The notes beneath the pieces were generated by a model. It was not told the origin of the DNA. It saw nothing but the letters and a program-made list of their open reading frames with translations, and did no database searches. Positions 19,456-27,747 of a stretch of 32,000 bases of DNA are shown here, one piece after another. The stretch lies in the NCBI RefSeq assembly GCF_000284455.1, contig NC_017039.1, forward strand, positions 330,001-362,000, written 5' to 3'. Each line of letters starts with the position of its first letter. Within the stretch, counting starts at the first letter, position 1. Position numbers and translations under genes: made by a program. This DNA comes from Synechocystis sp. PCC 6803 substr. PCC-P. Lineage in GTDB: Bacteria > Cyanobacteriota > Cyanobacteriia > Cyanobacteriales > Microcystaceae.

Positions 19456-20298
19456 TTGACCTCAAGTATGAAAACTTCCCCCCCAGAACTGATTATTGAA
19501 GCAGGACGCACGGAGCGTCAGTATTGGCAAGACCTATGGCGTTACCGGGAATTGTTTTACACCCTGGCTTGGCGGGACATTGCGGTACGGTACAAACAAA
19601 CGGCGATCGGTATAGCTTGGGCCTTAATCCGGCCATTTTTGACCATGGTGGTGTTTACGGTGGTATTTGGTAAGTTGGCTAATTTACCTTCGGAGGGGGT
19701 GCCCTATCCCATTCTGGTGTTTGCGGGAATGTTGCCCTGGCAGTTTTTTTCCACTTCCCTTAGTTCCGCCAGCGATAGTCTAATTGCCAATGCCAATCTA
19801 ATTTCTAAGGTGTATTTTCCTCGCTTAGTGGTGCCTACCAGTGCCGTGGTGACTAGCTTTGTTGATTTTTTAATTTCTGGGATGATTATGTTGGGGCTGA
19901 TGGCTTGGTATAATTTCTTGCCCAGTTGGCATGTGATTACATTGCCTTTCTTCATTTTGATTGCCTTTATGGCTTCCATGGGAGCAGGGTTATGGCTTTG
20001 TTCCCTCAATGTCAAATACCGAGATTTTCGCTACATTGTGCCATTCATTGTCCAATTTGGTTTGTACATTTCCCCGGTGGGTTTTAGTAGTAATGTGGTG
20101 CCGGAAAAATGGCGATTGCTCTATTCCATTAACCCGATGGTGAGTGTAATTGATGGTTTTCGTTGGGCGATTTTGGGGGGAGAATCAACTATATTTCTGC
20201 CGGGTTTTTTGTTGTCTTTACTGTTGGTGATCATTATTTTTATAACAGGAATTCTCTATTTTCGTAAGATGGAACGCACCTTCGCTGATGTGATTTAA
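19456..20298 (+). CDS. Polysaccharide ABC exporter permease (Wzm-like, ABC-2 type)
   Basis: 280 aa. YRELFYTLAWRDIAVRYKQTAIGIAWALIRPFLTMVVFTVVFGKLANLPSEGVPYPILVFAGMLPWQFFSTSLSSASDSLIANANLISKVYFPRLVVPTS. Confidence 0.95.
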   Translation: MTSSMKTSPPELIIEAGRTERQYWQDLWRYRELFYTLAWRDIAVRYKQTAIGIAWALIRPFLTMVVFTVVFGKLANLPSEGVPYPILVFAGMLPWQFFSTSLSSASDSLIANANLISKVYFPRLVVPTSAVVTSFVDFLISGMIMLGLMAWYNFLPSWHVITLPFFILIAFMASMGAGLWLCSLNVKYRDFRYIVPFIVQFGLYISPVGFSSNVVPEKWRLLYSINPMVSVIDGFRWAILGGESTIFLPGFLLSLLLVIIIFITGILYFRKMERTFADVI

Positions 20299-20487
20299 CC
20301 ATGGCAACAAACAAATGGTTTTATGAGCTATTGAAGGATTTTAAATACAGTTGCCTGAATTGGGTTTGACCGTGGCACAAGTTGCTCAGGTTGAACAGTT
20401 GAACAATGGCGATCGCCAAAGTAAGCTACCCATTAAAATAGGATTATCTTGCCCTGACCCTCAATGTGATTAAATTTCCTGGCATTA

Positions 20488-20916
20488 TTGCCATCAAGCA
20501 TCTTAACGGTGCTATTGATTACGATCGCCTTTTTGAGGTTCTATGACCAAACCGACTTTGAATTCCTCGGACTCGTTGCCAATCCCCGACAGTGGAGCAA
20601 TGGATTCACTGTGGCAGCCCTCCTGGCTACATTGGCTAATTTCGGCGTTGAGTGGAACCGTCGAAATCGAGAAACAAACCGCTTGGCTCAAGAAGCACAA
20701 CGAAGAGTTGAGGAAGGGCAACGCAGAATGGCTCAGGAAAGAGCAGATGAGTCTCGAAGAGCTGAGGAGAGAGAACGCCAAATTGCGCGAACTCGAATCG
20801 AAACTCGATGCCGTATTGCCGAAATACAATTCCAGCTTGACCCCTCAGACCGAAATCGAAGACTCTTAAGGGAGGCCTTAGCACTACTGGCTGAATATGG
20901 TGATCTGTTCTCGTAA
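20488..20916 (+). CDS. Small membrane protein with long Arg/Glu-rich coiled coil (TTG start at 20488, or GTG at 20509)
   Basis: 142 aa. Hydrophobic N-terminus ILTVLLITIAFL, second hydrophobic segment GFTVAALLATLANFGVEW, then NRLAQEAQRRVEEGQRRMAQERADESRRAEERERQIARTRIETRCRIAEIQFQLDPSDRNRRLL. Confidence 0.6.
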   Translation: MPSSILTVLLITIAFLRFYDQTDFEFLGLVANPRQWSNGFTVAALLATLANFGVEWNRRNRETNRLAQEAQRRVEEGQRRMAQERADESRRAEERERQIARTRIETRCRIAEIQFQLDPSDRNRRLLREALALLAEYGDLFS

Positions 20917-21035
20917 AGGCGATCGCCTAGGAATTTGCCCATTACAATGAAATCATCTTCTCTCCATTTTTGATGTGGTTAGATTTTCTGGCTGACCCCA
21001 TCCAATAAAAAGAGTGACTAAATACTACTACTACT

Positions 21036-21467
21036 ATGGAGCAACTTTACGAAAGAGATTTTAGTCGATGGGCAGAAACCATGGCCGATCTCCTTGCTGC
21101 AGGGGATTTTACGTCCCTTGATATCGAGAATTTAGTGGAGGAAGTCCGGGATTTGTCAAAACGGGAAAGGGATCGCCTTTTAAGTAGTTTACGTTTAATT
21201 CTTCATCACTTCCTCAATTGGGACTACCAGCCCCAGAAACGTTCCCGCAGTTGGCAGAATACAATTGATCGAGAGCGGAACAATATTGAACTATATCTTG
21301 AGGACAGTCCCAGTCTGCAGCGTTATCTCAATGATGGGGTGTCTCTCGCTAAAATGTATCGGCTGGCGCGGGCCGACGCGATCCGGGAAACTGATTTAGA
21401 TTTTCCCAAAGATTGCCTATACGATATGGAAGATGTATTAAGTCGCGTTATTTCCCTCGGTGAATGA
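21036..21467 (+). CDS. DUF29-family protein
   Basis: 143 aa. LYERDFSRWAETMADLLAAGDFTSLDIENLVEEVRDLSKRERDRLLSSLRLILHHFLNWDYQPQKRSRSWQNTIDRERNNIELYLEDSPSL matches the DUF29 pattern. Confidence 0.88.
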   Translation: MEQLYERDFSRWAETMADLLAAGDFTSLDIENLVEEVRDLSKRERDRLLSSLRLILHHFLNWDYQPQKRSRSWQNTIDRERNNIELYLEDSPSLQRYLNDGVSLAKMYRLARADAIRETDLDFPKDCLYDMEDVLSRVISLGE

Positions 21468-21537
21468 TCCTCTAGAGGGCGATCGCCAAATGAAAACCAA
21501 TTGTTAAAATTAATTCACTCTTCTAAGCTGCACCATT

Positions 21538-22101
21538 ATGGCTACCGTTTTAGACCTTCAGCCAATTATTTCGTTGAACCGAGGGCAATTTTATCAGCTC
21601 TGTCAAAACAATCCTGACCTCAGCCTAGAAAGAAACCCCCAAGGGAAGCTCATCATTCTGTCCCCAGTTGGTGGTGAAAGTGGTGCCCAAGAAGCGAGCC
21701 TTATTTTCAAAGTTTCTCTCTGGAATTATCAGAGTCAACTCGGAATTGTCTTTAGTTCCTCAACAATCTTTAGCCTACCCCAAGGTGGCGATCGCTCCCC
21801 CGATGTGGCTTGGGTCTCCCGAGGTAATTGGGAAAAGTTAACCCCAGCAGAACGAGAGGGTTTTCCCCCAATTTGTCCTGATTTTGTGATTGAACTCAGA
21901 TCAAAAAGTGATCGTCTTAAACCCCTACAAGACAAAATGCTAGAGTACCTAACATCTGGTTTGCAACTAGGCTGGCTAATCAATCCACAACAAAAACAGG
22001 TGGAGATCTACCGCCAAAATCAACCCACAGAAATAACTAATCTCCCCACAAAATTGTCTGGGGAGAATGTTTTACCCGGATTTAGCATTTCTCTAGACTA
22101 G
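21538..22101 (+). CDS. Uma2-family putative endonuclease
   Basis: 187 aa. LSLERNPQGKLIILSPVGGESGAQEASL...GDRSPDVAWVSRGNWEKLTPAEREGFPPICPDFVIELRSKSDRLKPLQDKMLEYLTSGLQLGWLINPQQKQVEIY. Confidence 0.94.
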   Translation: MATVLDLQPIISLNRGQFYQLCQNNPDLSLERNPQGKLIILSPVGGESGAQEASLIFKVSLWNYQSQLGIVFSSSTIFSLPQGGDRSPDVAWVSRGNWEKLTPAEREGFPPICPDFVIELRSKSDRLKPLQDKMLEYLTSGLQLGWLINPQQKQVEIYRQNQPTEITNLPTKLSGENVLPGFSISLD

Positions 22102-22262
22102 TTTTTTTTGTGGTCTATGGCTAATTCCTAAAAGTTGTCAGTTTTCTGCGGATGAGTTACTAAATCCAGAGTTTTTTCCTGATTAAGAATTGAACAATTA
22201 TTTTTTTGGCTTTGTCTGGTAAGCTTACGCTATCTGGTTAGGGCGTTTTAAAAACTTTATTT

Positions 22263-23555
22263 ATGTCTGATACAGTCATTCGAGTGGAAAATCTTGGGAA
22301 AAAATATATCATCGGTCACCAGCGGCGGGAACGCTATACAACTCTCCGGGATATGATGGCAGAGAAGGCCCGCTCCTTTGGTCAGATGTTTAGACGTAAT
22401 GGTAAGGAAGATTACCCTACCCACGAAGAGTTTTGGGCGCTGAAGGATGTGTCCTTTGAAATTAAGCAGGGCGATCGGGTTGGCATTATTGGGCGCAATG
22501 GGGCGGGTAAGTCAACACTTTTAAAGATTCTCAGCCGGATTACGGAGCCGACGGAGGGGCGCATTTCTATTAAGGGTCGGGTGGCGAGTCTGTTGGAGGT
22601 GGGGACGGGGTTCCATCCTGAGTTGACGGGGCGGGAGAATATTTATCTGAATGGGGCGATTTTGGGGATGGGCAAGGCGGAAATTAAGAAGAAGTTTGAT
22701 GAGATTGTGGCGTTTGCGGAGGTGGAGAAGTTTTTGGATACTCCTGTCAAGCGGTATTCTTCGGGGATGTATGTGCGCTTGGCGTTTGCGGTGGCGGCCC
22801 ATTTGGAGCCGGAAATTTTAATTGTGGATGAAGTGTTGGCGGTGGGAGATGCCCAGTTTCAAAAACGTTGCCTTGGCAAAATGGAGGATGTTGCAGAAAA
22901 AGAGGGTAGAACGGTAATTTTTGTTAGCCATGCTATGCCCATGATTGCTTCTTTATGTAATAGCTGTTTTCTCCTAAAGCACGGCGAAGTTATTAAGGAA
23001 GGAAGTCCCGGCTCTGTAATTGCCTATTACCAAAGTGATGGACAGCATAGTCCAGGCTCTGTTGACTATACTTCATCTCCTTCTCCCCCTGGAGACCATT
23101 TAGCAGTTTTAAGAAGGGGATGGATCGAAAATGAAAAAGGAGAGCAATCTTTAGATGTTCGGATTGATGAGCCCCTAACGGTTTATATGGAATATGAAGT
23201 TCAACAAAAAACACCAGGCACCCCCTATCCAAATTTTCACTTTTATGATGATAAAAATAATTGTGCTTTTGTGACTGCCGCTATGGTTGATATAAATTCT
23301 CCTCTAGAAGAGGGAGTTTATCGTGCCCTTTGTCATATCCCGGCCAATTTTTTGAACGACGGTGTTTACTCGGTGGGATTGGCTGTCACGTTTATGCACT
23401 CAGGCGTCCACGTCAGTTTTTATGATCAATCTGCTTTGGTTTTTAATGTGACTGACCCGATTGAAGGGGTGATAACCCGGGGCATGGGTTATGTAGGGCC
23501 GATACCAGGGGTTTTAAGGCCAGTACTTGACTGGAATGTGGAGAAAATTGCATGA
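22263..23555 (+). CDS. Polysaccharide ABC exporter ATPase (Wzt-like) with C-terminal extension resembling a substrate-binding domain
   Basis: 430 aa. Walker A GIIGRNGAGKSTLLKILSRITEPTEG, ABC signature-like TPVKRYSSGMYVRLAFAVAAHLEPEILIVDEVLAVGD, extra C-terminal beta-rich domain of about 180 aa. Confidence 0.95.
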   Translation: MSDTVIRVENLGKKYIIGHQRRERYTTLRDMMAEKARSFGQMFRRNGKEDYPTHEEFWALKDVSFEIKQGDRVGIIGRNGAGKSTLLKILSRITEPTEGRISIKGRVASLLEVGTGFHPELTGRENIYLNGAILGMGKAEIKKKFDEIVAFAEVEKFLDTPVKRYSSGMYVRLAFAVAAHLEPEILIVDEVLAVGDAQFQKRCLGKMEDVAEKEGRTVIFVSHAMPMIASLCNSCFLLKHGEVIKEGSPGSVIAYYQSDGQHSPGSVDYTSSPSPPGDHLAVLRRGWIENEKGEQSLDVRIDEPLTVYMEYEVQQKTPGTPYPNFHFYDDKNNCAFVTAAMVDINSPLEEGVYRALCHIPANFLNDGVYSVGLAVTFMHSGVHVSFYDQSALVFNVTDPIEGVITRGMGYVGPIPGVLRPVLDWNVEKIA

Positions 23556-24322
23556 AAGCTGTAATTCTTGCCGGTGGCTTGGGGACTAGAATTTCCGAAG
23601 AAACTCATCTTCGACCTAAGCCGATGATTGACATTGGCGGGCGACCCATTCTCTGGCACATCCTTAAACTCTATTCTGCCTACGGTGTAAATGATTTTAT
23701 TATTTGCTGTGGTTATAAAGGCTATGTTATTAAGGAATATTTTGCCAATTATTTTCTACATATGTCCGATGTAACCTTTGACATGGTTTCCAATGAAATG
23801 ATTGTCCATCAGAGAAAGGCAGAGCCATGGAAAGTGACCTTAGTGGATACCGGGGAAAATTCCCTTACAGGGGGAAGATTAAAGCGGATTAAAACTTTTA
23901 TTGAAAATGACAATGCTTTTTGTTTTACCTATGGTGATGGTTTGGCAAATATTAATATTCAAGAATTAATTGCTTTTCATCAAAGTCATGGTAGGTTGGC
24001 TACGGTCACAGCAGTTGTGCCCCCCGGTCGATACGGCGCACTGAAATTAGAAAACTCTAAGGTTTTCGGGTTTACGGAAAAGCCTCCCGGTGATGGCGGT
24101 CTAATTAACGGCGGTTTCTTTGTTTTATCTCCCCGTTGCTTGGATTTTATTGGGGGGGATATGGATAGTTGGGAGGGTGAGCCCCTAACTGAATTGTCTG
24201 GTAAGGGGGAGTTGATGGCATTTGAGCATAGGGGTTTTTGGCAACCAATGGATACTTTACGGGATAAGAATCATCTAGAAGAGTTGTGGCAATCTGGTCA
24301 GGCTCCTTGGAAGGTATGGTAA
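23552..24322 (+). CDS. rfbF: Glucose-1-phosphate cytidylyltransferase
   Basis: 256 aa. MKAVILAGGLGTRISEETHLRPKPMIDIGGRPILWHILKLYSAYGVNDFIICCGYKGYVIKEYFANYFLHMSDVTFDM. Confidence 0.97.
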   Translation: MKAVILAGGLGTRISEETHLRPKPMIDIGGRPILWHILKLYSAYGVNDFIICCGYKGYVIKEYFANYFLHMSDVTFDMVSNEMIVHQRKAEPWKVTLVDTGENSLTGGRLKRIKTFIENDNAFCFTYGDGLANINIQELIAFHQSHGRLATVTAVVPPGRYGALKLENSKVFGFTEKPPGDGGLINGGFFVLSPRCLDFIGGDMDSWEGEPLTELSGKGELMAFEHRGFWQPMDTLRDKNHLEELWQSGQAPWKVW

Positions 24323-25405
24323 ATGCTAGATAAGTCGTTTTGGCAAGGTAAATCCGTTTTTTTAACGGGCCATACGGGTTTTAAAGGCAGTTGGTTAACT
24401 CTCTGGCTCAGTCAGTTGGGAGCAAAGGTGTCGGGCTATTCATTAGATCCTCTGACAAACCCTAACTTATGTGAACTGGCTGAAATTGCTAAATGTTTGC
24501 GCTCTGATACTCGGGCTGATGTCAATGATTTAGCGAATCTTCAAAAGGCGATCGCCGAAGCCAGGCCGGAGATTGTCTTTCACCTTGCAGCCCAGCCTCT
24601 AGTGCGCCGTAGCTATCGTGATCCAGTCGGCACTTTTGCCACTAACGTGATGGGAACTGCCCACCTTCTTGAGGCGTTGCGGGCCTCTGACTCAGTGCGA
24701 GTGGTGGTGATTGTGACTACCGATAAGGTTTATCGCAATGTTGAATGGTGTTGGCCATACCGAGAAGATGATCAACTGGGAGGTCATGATCCCTATAGTG
24801 CGAGCAAGGCCGCCTGCGAAATCGTAGTAGCCAGTTATCGTGATGCCTTTCTTCGAGAACAAGGAGTGGCCGTGGCCAGCGCCCGGGCCGGCAATGTCAT
24901 CGGAGGGGGAGATTGGTCAGAGGATCGTCTCATTCCTGATGTTGTCCGCGCCCTAGATGCAAAAACGATGGTCATAATCCGTCGTCCCCAAGCTATTCGT
25001 CCCTGGCAACATGTGTTAGAGCCTCTAGCTGGCTATTTATTGTTAGCTCAAAAACTTTGGCATTCACCAGAATTGGCAGGGGCCTATAACCTAGGCCCGG
25101 AAACAAAAGACGCAGCCACTGTGCGTCAAATATTAGAATTTGCTTCGCGAATAGAACCCGGCTTGCAAGTGGAATATGGCGATGGCAATGAAGGGCCCCA
25201 TGAGGCGGGTTGGTTATCCCTCGAGATTGCAAAAGCGCGAACTTTACTGGGATATCGTCCTAGTTGGGGGGTCGAGGAGGCAGTACGACGCACAATGATC
25301 TGGTATCGTTCTCAACGACAGGGAGAAAGCCCATTAACTCTTTGTCAGACAGAAATTGAAGAATATGAAAAGGAGCTAATGGCTCTGTCAGACCTTGCTA
25401 TCTGA
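24323..25405 (+). CDS. rfbG: CDP-glucose 4,6-dehydratase (SDR family)
   Basis: 360 aa. FWQGKSVFLTGHTGFKGSWLTLWLSQLGAKVSGYSLDPLTNPNL...VVVIVTTDKVYRNVEWCWPYREDDQLGGHDPYSASKAACEIVVASYRD. Confidence 0.97.
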   Translation: MLDKSFWQGKSVFLTGHTGFKGSWLTLWLSQLGAKVSGYSLDPLTNPNLCELAEIAKCLRSDTRADVNDLANLQKAIAEARPEIVFHLAAQPLVRRSYRDPVGTFATNVMGTAHLLEALRASDSVRVVVIVTTDKVYRNVEWCWPYREDDQLGGHDPYSASKAACEIVVASYRDAFLREQGVAVASARAGNVIGGGDWSEDRLIPDVVRALDAKTMVIIRRPQAIRPWQHVLEPLAGYLLLAQKLWHSPELAGAYNLGPETKDAATVRQILEFASRIEPGLQVEYGDGNEGPHEAGWLSLEIAKARTLLGYRPSWGVEEAVRRTMIWYRSQRQGESPLTLCQTEIEEYEKELMALSDLAI

Positions 25406-25423
25406 AACAAAAACCCAGCAAAA

Positions 25424-25993
25424 ATGACTACTATGGGAAGATTTTTGACTGAAGATTTGGGCATTGCCGGACTCAGAACCGTTATCCGTCAGCCCATCGG
25501 CGATCGCCGGGGATTTTTGGCCCGTTTGTTTTGTGCTGAGGAGTTGAAGGAAGTAGGTTGGCATAAACCCATTGCCCAGATTAACCATACCCATACGGCC
25601 CAAGGCGGCACTGTGCGAGGTATGCATTACCAAAATCCTCCCTCTGCGGAAATGAAATTGGTTACTTGCATTCGGGGTCAGGTTTGGGATGTGGCGGTGG
25701 ATTTGCGGGTTGATTCCCCCACTTTTTTGACTTGGCAAGGGGTAGTACTAAGTGCGGATAACAATAGGGCATTGTTGATACCCGAAGGCTGTGCCCATGG
25801 TTTTCAAGCCTTGAGCGATGATGTTGAATTGATTTACTGTCACTCGGTCGCCTATAACCCGATGGCGGAAGGGGGGTTGAATCCCCAAGATCCTCGCCTA
25901 GGGATTGAGTGGCCCCAAGCAATTACCGAATTATCCCAGCGAGACCAAAATCACCCCTTACTAGATTCCACCTTTTTAGGTCTGAGTTTATGA
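25424..25993 (+). CDS. rfbC: dTDP-4-dehydrorhamnose 3,5-epimerase-family protein
   Basis: 189 aa. DRRGFLARLFCAEEL...INHTHTAQGGTVRGMHYQNPPSAEMKLVTCIRGQVWDVAVDLRVDSPTFLTWQGVVLSADNNRALLIPEGCAHGFQALSDDVELIYCHSVAYNP. Confidence 0.93.
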   Translation: MTTMGRFLTEDLGIAGLRTVIRQPIGDRRGFLARLFCAEELKEVGWHKPIAQINHTHTAQGGTVRGMHYQNPPSAEMKLVTCIRGQVWDVAVDLRVDSPTFLTWQGVVLSADNNRALLIPEGCAHGFQALSDDVELIYCHSVAYNPMAEGGLNPQDPRLGIEWPQAITELSQRDQNHPLLDSTFLGLSL

Positions 25994-27210
25994 AATGTCG
26001 CCATTGCCATACACCTTTAAAGCAAACATTCCTGGATTTGGGTTTTGCCCCCCCGTCCAATGCCTATTTGAACCAGATTGATTTAAGTAGACCGGAGGTT
26101 ACTTATCCATTAAGGATCAAGGTTTGTGAACAGTGTTGGCTAGTACAAACAGAAGACTACACCCAGGCGGAAGAGTTATTCTGTGGGGACTATGCCTATT
26201 TTTCCAGCACGTCTAGTAGTTGGCTTAGCCATGCGGCCCGTTATGTGGAAAAGATTACAGAGCGGCTAGGTTTGACTACGGATAGTTTTGTCATTGAGGT
26301 GGCGGCCAATGATGGCTATCTGCTCAAGAATTTTGTGGCGGCGGGGGTTCCCTGTCTGGGCATTGAACCAACAGCTAGCACGGCGGCGGCGGCGGAAAAA
26401 CTAGGGATTGCTGTTTTAAAAGAGTTTTTTGGAGAAAATTTAGGGCGATCGCTCTCAGCAAAGGGCCAACAGGCTGATTTGATTATTGGTAATAATGTCT
26501 TTGCCCATGTACCGGATATTAATGATTTTACGTTGGGTTTAAAACAAGCCCTGAAACCAGGGGGAACCATTACCTTAGAATTTCCCCACCTAATGCAATT
26601 ACTGGCCCAGACCCAATTTGATACGGTTTACCATGAGCATTTTTCCTATCTTTCTCTCTACACGGTCACAAAAATCTTTGCTAAAGCTGGCTTGCAGGTG
26701 TGGGATGTGGAAGAGTTACCTACCCATGGCGGCAGTTTACGGGTCTATGGCTGTCATCTAGGCGATCGCCAAGTTAGTGAGCGAGTAAGGGAATTATTGA
26801 AACAGGAAACGGCCCAGGGTTTACAGGATTTAGCAATCTATCAGCATTTCCAGGAACGGGCAGATCAGATTAAAAATCAATTGCTAGCCTTTTTGATTGA
26901 ACAGAAAACAGCGGGGAAGGTGGTGGCCGGTTATGGGGCAGCGGCTAAAGGTAATACTTTGCTCAATTATGCTGGGGTGAAACCGGATTTGTTGCCCTTT
27001 GTTTGTGATGCATCTTCATCTAAGCAGGGTAAGTTTTTACCCGGTAGTCATATTGCCATTTTGCCTCCAACGGCGATCGCCGAAAAACACCCGGATTTTG
27101 TCCTGATTTTGCCTTGGAATTTACGGACAGAGATCATGACCCAGTTGGGCTATGTGGGAGACTGGGGGGGGCAATTTGTGACCGCAATTCCTAATTTACA
27201 GATTTGTTAG
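25990..27210 (+). CDS. SAM-dependent sugar C-methyltransferase (TylC3/NovU-like); ORF opens at 25909 but ATG at 25990 overlaps the rfbC stop (ATGA)
   Basis: CRHCHTPLKQTFLDLGFAPPSNAYL (Zn-Cys N-domain), CEQCWLVQTEDYTQAEELFCGDYAYFSS, VIEVAANDGYLLKNFVAAGVPCLGIEPTA (SAM motif I), FDTVYHEHFSYLSL, VAGYGAAAKGNTLLNY. Confidence 0.93.
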   Translation: MKCRHCHTPLKQTFLDLGFAPPSNAYLNQIDLSRPEVTYPLRIKVCEQCWLVQTEDYTQAEELFCGDYAYFSSTSSSWLSHAARYVEKITERLGLTTDSFVIEVAANDGYLLKNFVAAGVPCLGIEPTASTAAAAEKLGIAVLKEFFGENLGRSLSAKGQQADLIIGNNVFAHVPDINDFTLGLKQALKPGGTITLEFPHLMQLLAQTQFDTVYHEHFSYLSLYTVTKIFAKAGLQVWDVEELPTHGGSLRVYGCHLGDRQVSERVRELLKQETAQGLQDLAIYQHFQERADQIKNQLLAFLIEQKTAGKVVAGYGAAAKGNTLLNYAGVKPDLLPFVCDASSSKQGKFLPGSHIAILPPTAIAEKHPDFVLILPWNLRTEIMTQLGYVGDWGGQFVTAIPNLQIC

Positions 27211-27244
27211 AATGTTGAGCAGGTAAAGAAAATAAGCAACTCCT

Positions 27245-27697
27245 ATGGTTGAAGCAACAGCCCTCACCTCACTTTACGAACAAGATTATCCTGCCTGGTT
27301 AGATTTGACCCTAACACAACTTAAACAGCAGCAATTTAGCGTCATTGATTGGGCTAATTTGATTGAGGAAATAGAAGAATTGGGCCGAGAACAACGACAC
27401 AAGGTAGAAAGTTATCTGTTGCGTCTTCTCATCCACCTACTTTTGTACGAGCATTGGCAAGCTGAACGCCCCTGGTCAGGTAAAGGCTGGGAAAAAGAGA
27501 TTGATAATTTTCGGTTAGAGCTTGATTCCCTGCTGGAGTCCCAAGTTCTTCATAACCATTTTGAGACAGTTCTACCAAAAAACTACGCCAAAGCCCGCAA
27601 ACTGGCTATCAAAAAATCTCACTTATCACCAACAATATTTCCTGAAGTTTGTCCCTATACCCTGGGTCAAATTCTTGACTTTGGTTGGTTGCCATAA
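27245..27697 (+). CDS. DUF29-family protein
   Basis: 150 aa. LYEQDYPAWLDLTLTQLKQQQFSVIDWANLIEEIEELGREQRHKVESYLLRLLIHLLLYEHWQAERPWSGKGWEKEIDNFRLELDSLLE. Confidence 0.92.
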   Translation: MVEATALTSLYEQDYPAWLDLTLTQLKQQQFSVIDWANLIEEIEELGREQRHKVESYLLRLLIHLLLYEHWQAERPWSGKGWEKEIDNFRLELDSLLESQVLHNHFETVLPKNYAKARKLAIKKSHLSPTIFPEVCPYTLGQILDFGWLP

Positions 27698-27747
27698 TCA
27701 AAAAAGTTTTTATAATTGTTGGTAAATTTACCGGACGATTAAGTATT

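Noticed and set aside
20512-20869. Alternative ORFs 20512-20829(-) and 20543-20869(+)
   Set aside because: Frame 20488-20916 has TM plus coiled-coil plus ordered C-terminal pattern. The others look like frame shadows, though this should be verified.
22102-22262. Possible promoter or attenuator upstream of the Wzt-like ATPase
   Set aside because: AT-rich with T-runs but I could not identify convincing -35/-10 elements or a stable hairpin by eye.
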